Assembly (NCBI GenBank): GCA_031370065.1
Contig: JANMPW010000002.1
Coordinates: 1-36,389, forward strand
DNA from: Acidobacteriota bacterium
GTDB taxonomy: Bacteria > Acidobacteriota > Thermoanaerobaculia > UBA5066 > Gp7-AA6
Direction of reading: 5' to 3'
DNA: 36,389 bases
Shown here: positions 30,812-36,389 of the stretch, one piece after another
How the letters are laid out: every line of letters begins with the position of its first letter
How positions within the stretch are numbered: the stretch's first letter is position 1
Program-made: the position numbers and the translations under genes
Notes under the pieces: generated by a model
Databases searched by the model: none
What the model saw: the letters and a program-made list of their open reading frames with translations, nothing else
What the model was told of the DNA's origin: nothing

Positions 30812-33800
30812 ATGTCCGGCGACTTCGTCCACCTTCACCTTCACAGCCAGTACTCCCTGCTCGACGGCGCGAACAAGCTGCCCGAGCTCTGCAAGCGGGT
30901 GGCGGAGCTCGGAATGCCGGCAGTGGCCGTCACGGACCACGGCAACATGTTTGGCGCGTTCCACTTTTTCCACGAGGCCCTGCAGCACGGGATCCGGCCG
31001 ATCATCGGCGTCGAGGCGTACATCGCGCCGTCCAACCGCCAGAATCGGGAAGCGAAGGCGGCGAGCGAATCGGGCGAAGGCTACGCGTACCACCTGACGA
31101 TCCTCGCCGCCACGCAGAAGGGCTACCGCAACCTCGTGCGCCTCGTGTCCGAGGCCTACCTGACGGGCTTCTACCACCGGCCCCGCATGGACAAGGAGCT
31201 GCTGCGGGAGCACGCCGAGGGACTCATCGGCCTCTCGGGCTGCCTGAAGGGCGAGGTGGCCGGCGCCCTGTCTCGCGGCAACTACGCCGCGGCGAAAAGA
31301 GCCTTCCTCGAGTACGAGGACATCTTCGGCAAGGGTAACTTCTACGTCGAGATCATGGATCACGGCTTGCCCCAGCAGACCGCGATCGTCCCCGACCTGC
31401 TGCGGCTCTCGACGGAGACCGGGGCGCCGGCAGTCGCGACCAACGACAGCCACTACCTGCGGCGTGACGACGCCTTTCCCCATGAAGTCCTGCTCTGCAT
31501 CGGCATGGGCAAGACGCTCGAGGACGAGCGCCGGATGCGTTTCTACAACGACGAGTTCTACGTCAAAGATCCCGACGAAATGAAGGCGCGGTTCCGATCC
31601 TGGAGCGCGGAAGCGGTGACGAACACCGTGGCGATCGCCGAGCGCTGCGCCGTGTCGTTCGACAGCGACGGCCTCCACCTGCCCACGTTTTCCGCGCCGG
31701 GAGGCCGGCCCCCGGCGGAGCACTTTCGCGACCTCGCGAGCGAGGGCCTCGAGCGGCGCCTCACGGAGCTCTCGGCCGCCGACGCTGCGGCGATCCCGGC
31801 CGAGAAGTACCGGGAGCGGCTGACCTACGAGATGGGGGTCATCGAGAAGATGGGCTTCCCCTCGTACTTCCTCATCGTTTCGGACTTCATCCGCTACGCG
31901 CGCGAGCGGGGCATCGCCGTGGGGCCGGGCCGCGGCAGCGCGGCGGGCTCGATCGTCTCCTGGGCCTTACGGATCACCGAGATCGATCCGCTCAAGTACG
32001 ACCTTCTCTTCGAGCGGTTCCTGAACCCCGAGCGCATCTCGATGCCCGACATCGACATCGACTTCTGTCAGGCGCGCCGGGGCGAAGTCATCGAATACGT
32101 CACCGCGAAATACGGGCGCGAGAACGTGGCCCAGATCGTGACGTTTTCGCAGTTGAAGCCCAAAATCGCCGTGCGCGACGTGGCGCGCGTGCTGTCTCTT
32201 CCGGTGGCACTCGGGGACCGGATCGCCAAGCTCGTGCCGGACGGGCCCGACGTCAACTTCGAGCGGGCCTTCCGGGACTCGCCGGGCCTGAAGGAGGCGA
32301 TGGCGGCCGACGAGTCGATCGCGCGGGTCGTCAAGATCGCCGAGCGCCTCGAAGGCCTCTCGCGCCACGCCGGGATCCACGCGGCGGGGGTCGTCATCGC
32401 CCCGCGCCCGATCATCGAATTCCTCCCGCTCTATCGGACGAACAAGGACGAAATCACGACGCAGTTCGACATGAACGCGGTCGAGAAGATGGGCCTGCTC
32501 AAGATCGACTTCCTGGGGCTCATCACGCTCGACATCCTCGAGGCTACGGTTGCGGCCGTTGCCGACCGGCTGGGCGTCGCCGTCGACCTCGACCACCTCC
32601 CGCTCGACGACGAGCCGACGTACGAACTCTTCCGCTCGGGGCGCACGGCCTGCGTGTTCCAGTTCGATTCGGGGGGAATGCGGGACCTCCTGCGTCGGGC
32701 CAAGCCCAGGGTCTTCGTGGATCTCGCGGCCCTGAACGCCCTCTACCGCCCCGGCGCTCTGGACGCCGGGACCGTCGAGGACTACGTGCGGCGCCGTGGC
32801 GGCACGCGCGTGACCTACCCGCTGCCTGAGCTGGAGCCGATCCTCTCGGAGACGCTGGGAATCCTCGTTTACCAGGAACAGGTCATGCGCATCGCGCAGC
32901 TCGTCGCGGGGTACTCGCTCGCCGAAGCCGATCTGCTGCGCAAGGCGATCGGAAAGAAGAAGCGCGAGATCATGGTCGCGGAGGGCGAGAAGTTCCTCCG
33001 GCGGTGCGTCGAGCACGGAACGCCGAAAAAGAAGGCGCAGGAGCTCTGGACCCTGATCGAGCCGTTTGCGCGCTATGGTTTCAACAAGTCTCACGCCGTG
33101 GCGTACGCGCTGGTGGCGTACAAGACGGCCTACCTCAAAGCCCACTATCCGGTCGATTTCCTCGCCGCGAACCTCTCGGCCGAGATCGGATCGACCGAGG
33201 GCATCGTTAAGGTTCTCGGCGACTGCCAGGAGTCGGGCATCCCCGTTCTGCCGCCCGACATCAACGAATCTGGAACGAGCTTCGCGGCCGTTGGCGCGGC
33301 GATCCGCTTCGGCCTGGGCGCGATCAAGGGCGTGGGCGAGGCGGCGGCCCAGGGGATCCTGGAAGAGCGCCGAGAGCGGCCGTACGCCACCTTCACCGAC
33401 TTTGCGATGCGCCTCGATTCGCGCATGGTCAACAAGCGCGCGCTCGATGCCCTGATTGCGGCCGGCGCCTTCGACTCGCTCGGGAAGAACCGCGCGACCC
33501 TTGCGGCCGCGGCCGAACGGGTGCTCGGCCGCGCAGCCCGTTTTCGGGAGGAGACGGCCCTCGGCCAGTCGAGCCTCTTCGGCGGCGCCGCCGCGCAAGA
33601 CGGGCCGCCGGGCGACGAGTTTCCGGACCAGCCCGAGGGCCCGCTCGACGAGAAGCTCAAGGGCGAAAAGGACACGCTCGGCTTCTACGTCACCGGGCAT
33701 CCACTCACGCGCTTCGCGGACGAGATCGAGCGGTTCGCCCAGTCGCGCATTGCGGACCTCGGGTCGCGGGTCGAGCAGTCGGTCCGCATCGCCGGAGTGC

Positions 33801-34288
33801 TCGGCGCCCTGAAGAAGCAGAAAATCAAAAAGGGAGTCAACGAGGGCAAGACGATGCTGAAGGCGTCGCTCGAGGACACGAGCGGCACCGTCCCCGTCGC
33901 GATCTTCGCCAGCCTCTACGAGAAGGTGCAGGACTGGGTCTGCGAGAATCTGCCCGTGCTGCTGACGGCGACCGTGCGGGAGGCCGGCGGCGCCATCGAG
34001 CTGACCGTGCAGGAGATCACGCCGCTCGAGGGCATCCGCGAGCGCCGCGCCCGGGAGCTCGCGATCCGCGTCAATCTCGCCTTCGCCGACGAAAGCGTTC
34101 TCGCGCGGCTGCAGGAGAGGCTCCGCTCCCACCCGGGGACGACCCCCGTGTCGATCCGGTTGATCCGGCCCGGGGAGTTCGAGGCGACCCTCAAGGCGGC
34201 CGACTCGATGCGGATCGCCCCTTCTCCCCGGTTGACGAGCGAGATCCAGGCACTGGCGGGGGAGGGGTCCGTCGAGTACGTCTTCTAG
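30812..34288 (+). CDS. dnaE: DNA polymerase III alpha subunit
   Basis: 1158 aa. The PHP domain starts FVHLHLHSQYSLLDGA. Further motifs: GRGSAAGSIVSWALRITEIDP, MPDIDIDF, GIHAAGVVIA, KIDFLGL, FNKSHAVAYA. A C-terminal OB-fold region is present. Confidence 0.98.
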   Translation: MSGDFVHLHLHSQYSLLDGANKLPELCKRVAELGMPAVAVTDHGNMFGAFHFFHEALQHGIRPIIGVEAYIAPSNRQNREAKAASESGEGYAYHLTILAATQKGYRNLVRLVSEAYLTGFYHRPRMDKELLREHAEGLIGLSGCLKGEVAGALSRGNYAAAKRAFLEYEDIFGKGNFYVEIMDHGLPQQTAIVPDLLRLSTETGAPAVATNDSHYLRRDDAFPHEVLLCIGMGKTLEDERRMRFYNDEFYVKDPDEMKARFRSWSAEAVTNTVAIAERCAVSFDSDGLHLPTFSAPGGRPPAEHFRDLASEGLERRLTELSAADAAAIPAEKYRERLTYEMGVIEKMGFPSYFLIVSDFIRYARERGIAVGPGRGSAAGSIVSWALRITEIDPLKYDLLFERFLNPERISMPDIDIDFCQARRGEVIEYVTAKYGRENVAQIVTFSQLKPKIAVRDVARVLSLPVALGDRIAKLVPDGPDVNFERAFRDSPGLKEAMAADESIARVVKIAERLEGLSRHAGIHAAGVVIAPRPIIEFLPLYRTNKDEITTQFDMNAVEKMGLLKIDFLGLITLDILEATVAAVADRLGVAVDLDHLPLDDEPTYELFRSGRTACVFQFDSGGMRDLLRRAKPRVFVDLAALNALYRPGALDAGTVEDYVRRRGGTRVTYPLPELEPILSETLGILVYQEQVMRIAQLVAGYSLAEADLLRKAIGKKKREIMVAEGEKFLRRCVEHGTPKKKAQELWTLIEPFARYGFNKSHAVAYALVAYKTAYLKAHYPVDFLAANLSAEIGSTEGIVKVLGDCQESGIPVLPPDINESGTSFAAVGAAIRFGLGAIKGVGEAAAQGILEERRERPYATFTDFAMRLDSRMVNKRALDALIAAGAFDSLGKNRATLAAAAERVLGRAARFREETALGQSSLFGGAAAQDGPPGDEFPDQPEGPLDEKLKGEKDTLGFYVTGHPLTRFADEIERFAQSRIADLGSRVEQSVRIAGVLGALKKQKIKKGVNEGKTMLKASLEDTSGTVPVAIFASLYEKVQDWVCENLPVLLTATVREAGGAIELTVQEITPLEGIRERRARELAIRVNLAFADESVLARLQERLRSHPGTTPVSIRLIRPGEFEATLKAADSMRIAPSPRLTSEIQALAGEGSVEYVF

Positions 34289-34322
34289 AAGGGCTTTTGA
34301 AGTCTCCGGAGCGCTGCGGCGG

Positions 34323-35546
34323 ATGCCGCGGCGTCTGCGCCCGCTGGTGATCGCGGCGAGGGACACTGCGGGCGAGCGCGGCGTGGCCCTCTATCTCGCC
34401 GGCGGGATCGTGCGCGATCTGCTTCTCGGGCAAACCGTGCGGGATCTCGACCTCGTCGTCGAGGGGGATGGAATCGACTTCGCCCGACGCCTCACGGCGC
34501 GGCTCGGAGGATCGATCCGGGAACATCAAAGATTCGGCACCGCCGCGCTCGCGCTTCCGAGCGGCGAAACGGTCGACGTGGCGTCGACACGCCGCGAGAC
34601 CTACTCGCACCCGGGTGCCCTACCCGGGATCGTCGCGGGGGTTTCGATCGAGGAGGATCTCGCGCGGCGGGACTTCACGGTCAACGCGATGGCGCTCGAG
34701 CTCGCGCCTGGCCGGAGGCTGGTCGATCCCTTCGGGGCGGCGAGGGACCTGGCGCGCAGCGAAATCCGGGAGCTGCATCCGCGGTCCTTTTTCGACGATC
34801 CCACGCGCATCTTCCGAGCGGTGCGTTACGCCAACCGTCTGGGCTTCCGCATTCCGTCCGAAACGCGCGAGGCCATCGCCGCCGCGCTGACGGGACGCGC
34901 CCTCGCGCGCGTCTCGGGCGACCGGGTGCGGCGAGAGACTCGCCGGCTCCTCGAGGAGCCCGAGCGATGGCGGGCGATCGCGCTGATGTTTGCCGTGGGC
35001 TTGTCAGAAGCCGTCGAGCCGGCCCTCGCCGCCGACCCTCTCGCCGCGAACAGGGTGCGCAGGGCCGAGGGGTTGTCCCGTGCGTTCGAGGGCCAGACCA
35101 CCTGGCTCTGCTACCTTCTTGCCTGGATGGGACACGCGGGCGAACGGGAAGTCGAACGCGTCGCAGAGCGCCTCGCGCTCGCCGGAGCGGAGGGTCGGAT
35201 CTTTCGGCGGTGGCCGGAGGTGGCCGGGCAACTCTCCGGAGCCACCGCGACACGGTCCGTCCCGGCGGTGCGTCGCGGCAGGAAAGACCTGTCCGCGGAC
35301 GAGATCGTCGCGGCCGCGGCCGGGGTGCCGGCGCGGCAGCGTCGCGTGCTGCTGGAGAGCGGCGCGGCAGCGCGGTGCCTGCGCCTCGAGATCCGGGGCG
35401 CAGACCTGCTCGCCGGCGGCGTGCCGGCCGGTCCGGCCGTGGGAGCGGCCCTGGCGCAAACGCTCGCCGCGCGGCACGCCGGGCGCATCGGGGCGCAAGA
35501 CGAGCTGGCATTTGCTCTCGCGGCGGCAAGGGCGAAGCGAGAATGA
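34323..35546 (+). CDS. cca: CCA-adding tRNA nucleotidyltransferase / poly(A) polymerase-family protein
   Basis: LAGGIVRDLLLG...DLDLVVEG is the GG.VRD...D.D nucleotidyltransferase head motif. RRDFTVNAMA and FFDDPTRIFRAVRYANRLGF are also present. CCA-adding versus A-adding or poly(A) polymerase activity cannot be distinguished by eye. Confidence 0.82.
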   Translation: MPRRLRPLVIAARDTAGERGVALYLAGGIVRDLLLGQTVRDLDLVVEGDGIDFARRLTARLGGSIREHQRFGTAALALPSGETVDVASTRRETYSHPGALPGIVAGVSIEEDLARRDFTVNAMALELAPGRRLVDPFGAARDLARSEIRELHPRSFFDDPTRIFRAVRYANRLGFRIPSETREAIAAALTGRALARVSGDRVRRETRRLLEEPERWRAIALMFAVGLSEAVEPALAADPLAANRVRRAEGLSRAFEGQTTWLCYLLAWMGHAGEREVERVAERLALAGAEGRIFRRWPEVAGQLSGATATRSVPAVRRGRKDLSADEIVAAAAGVPARQRRVLLESGAAARCLRLEIRGADLLAGGVPAGPAVGAALAQTLAARHAGRIGAQDELAFALAAARAKRE

Positions 35547-36193
35547 CGCCGCCGCTCCTGGTTCTCGCAGCAGCGCTTGCGGCGGGCCCCCCTCCAACCG
35601 CCACGCCCGAGCCGCCGCGCGGCCCCACCTTTTGCGCGGAGTGGATCCGCCAATCGAGCCAGGGGTACGAGCGCCTCACCCTCTTTCGCGATCGGACGCT
35701 GGTCTGGAAAACGCACCAGGGCGGCAAGGACCAGGTCAAACGCGAGCATCTCGCCGCCTCAGAGACGCAGTTCTTTTGCGACTTCTTCGCCCGCAGCGAC
35801 ATCTGGAACGTGACCGCCGACATGCGTACGGGACTCGCGGGGGAGCTCGCGGGCGAATCGGCAGTCACTCTCGCCCGCCCGGACGGCAGCCGCAAGGTCA
35901 TCCGGTACGACGACCTGTCGACCGGGGACTGGGCGTCGTCGTCGCTGCGCTCCGCACTCGAAGGCCTCAAGGGAATCTTCCTGAGCCCGCTCGCCCCGCC
36001 CTCGCGCTTTGCTCCCGACCTCCTGCCCCCGGGCACGCTCCTGCGCCGGCTGGACGGCCACGTCTTTCGTGTCGTGCACCTGGAGAGAGCCACCGGCTAC
36101 GTCGAGATCGAAGGCGTCAACGAGCCCTATTCGCAATGGGTGAAGATCGAGGAGCTTCGATACCAGTTCGCGCCGCCAGAGCCGCCGCGATGA
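35543..36193 (+). CDS. hypothetical protein (N-terminal hydrophobic/Pro-rich leader)
   Basis: 216 aa from ATG 35543, which overlaps the cca stop (ATGA). Its own stop overlaps the rsmD ATG (ATGA, 36190-36193). MTPPLLVLAAALAAGPPPTATPEPP is followed by a globular part. No family recognised. GC3 bias is good. Confidence 0.6.
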   Translation: MTPPLLVLAAALAAGPPPTATPEPPRGPTFCAEWIRQSSQGYERLTLFRDRTLVWKTHQGGKDQVKREHLAASETQFFCDFFARSDIWNVTADMRTGLAGELAGESAVTLARPDGSRKVIRYDDLSTGDWASSSLRSALEGLKGIFLSPLAPPSRFAPDLLPPGTLLRRLDGHVFRVVHLERATGYVEIEGVNEPYSQWVKIEELRYQFAPPEPPR

Positions 36194-36389
36194 GTGGGCG
36201 CGGAGCGAGCGCACCCGTCGTGCGGGTGCTCGAAGGACGCTGGAAGGGCCGCAAGCTCGAAGCCTCCCCGGCGGCGCGCCCCACGTCGGGCCGCGCGCGG
36301 CAGGCCCTCCTGAATCTGCTCGCGGACCGGGTGGCGGGCGCCCGGGTGCTGGATCTTTACGCCGGAACGGGCGCGGTCGGAATCGAGAT
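36190..36389 (+). CDS. rsmD: 16S rRNA (guanine966-N2)-methyltransferase RsmD, 5' part (runs off window)
   Basis: VRVLEGRWKGRKLEASPAARPTSGRARQALLNLLADRVAGARVLDLYAGTGAVGIE matches the RsmD N-terminus (GG..kGr.L......RPT.dr.reAlFn.L) and the SAM-binding motif DL[FY]AG[ST]GA.G.E. Confidence 0.8.
   Translation, partial: MSGRGASAPVVRVLEGRWKGRKLEASPAARPTSGRARQALLNLLADRVAGARVLDLYAGTGAVGIE

Noticed and set aside
31967-34366. 799-aa minus-strand ORF
   Set aside because: It is antisense to dnaE in the frame complementary to dnaE codon position 3. dnaE is unambiguous, so this is a shadow ORF.
1-36389. Scan for rRNA, tRNA, CRISPR arrays, IS elements, transposases, phage or defence genes, and toxin-antitoxin pairs
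   Set aside because: The intergenic spacers are all 207 bp or shorter, and none shows tRNA-like cloverleaf arms or direct-repeat/spacer periodicity. The only recombinase is a housekeeping-type xerD. No ORF shows nuclease, methylase, abortive-infection or transposase motifs that I can recognise.

Overview
Gene-dense, very GC-rich bacterial chromosomal segment. GC content was not computed. The strong G/C bias at codon position 3 is visible by eye and was used, with protein motifs, to pick the real strand. I support 36 CDS (one partial at the 3' end), no rRNA, tRNA, CRISPR or IS/transposase, a few GC-rich hairpins, and one cluster of short palindromic repeats.

Layout:
- 133-7370 (+): lipoprotein, beta-lactamase-family serine hydrolase, then thiolase / small unknown ORF / 3-hydroxybutyryl-CoA dehydrogenase / crotonase / unknown beta-rich protein / LeuA-like HMGL-fold enzyme.
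- 7.4-9.1 kb (+): xerD-like recombinase and SLT lytic transglycosylase.
- 9.2-10.9 kb: small Cys-containing secreted protein (-), divergent from an M20 peptidase (+).
- 11.05-18.73 kb (-): tightly coupled operon of exported cyclase-family protein, kdd, P-loop NTPase, kamD, kamE, kal, kce and an APC permease. These are the beta-lysine to crotonyl-CoA steps of the 3,5-diaminohexanoate (lysine fermentation) pathway. No lysine 2,3-aminomutase (kamA) is present in the window.
- 18.9-26.5 kb: PLP-dependent dehydratase-family enzyme, YXWGXW-repeat protein, M28 peptidase, HAMP-PP2C membrane phosphatase, small membrane protein, guaA.
- 26.5-30.8 kb (-): repeat-rich intergenic region, helical lipoprotein, LysM protein, aminotransferase coupled to a second APC permease, secreted unknown protein.
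- 30.8-36.4 kb (+): dnaE, CCA-adding/poly(A) polymerase-family enzyme, unknown protein, rsmD (partial).

Most interesting is the kamA-less beta-lysine catabolic operon, with its embedded uncharacterised P-loop gene and exported amidohydrolase-like gene. Other points worth a second look:
- xerD has no canonical start codon.
- Two divergent genes have start codons that overlap each other.
- A palindromic repeat cluster lies downstream of guaA.
- Several conserved-looking unknown ORFs are wedged into housekeeping or metabolic operons.

The very long antisense ORFs (up to 1250 aa) are explained as GC3 shadow frames.
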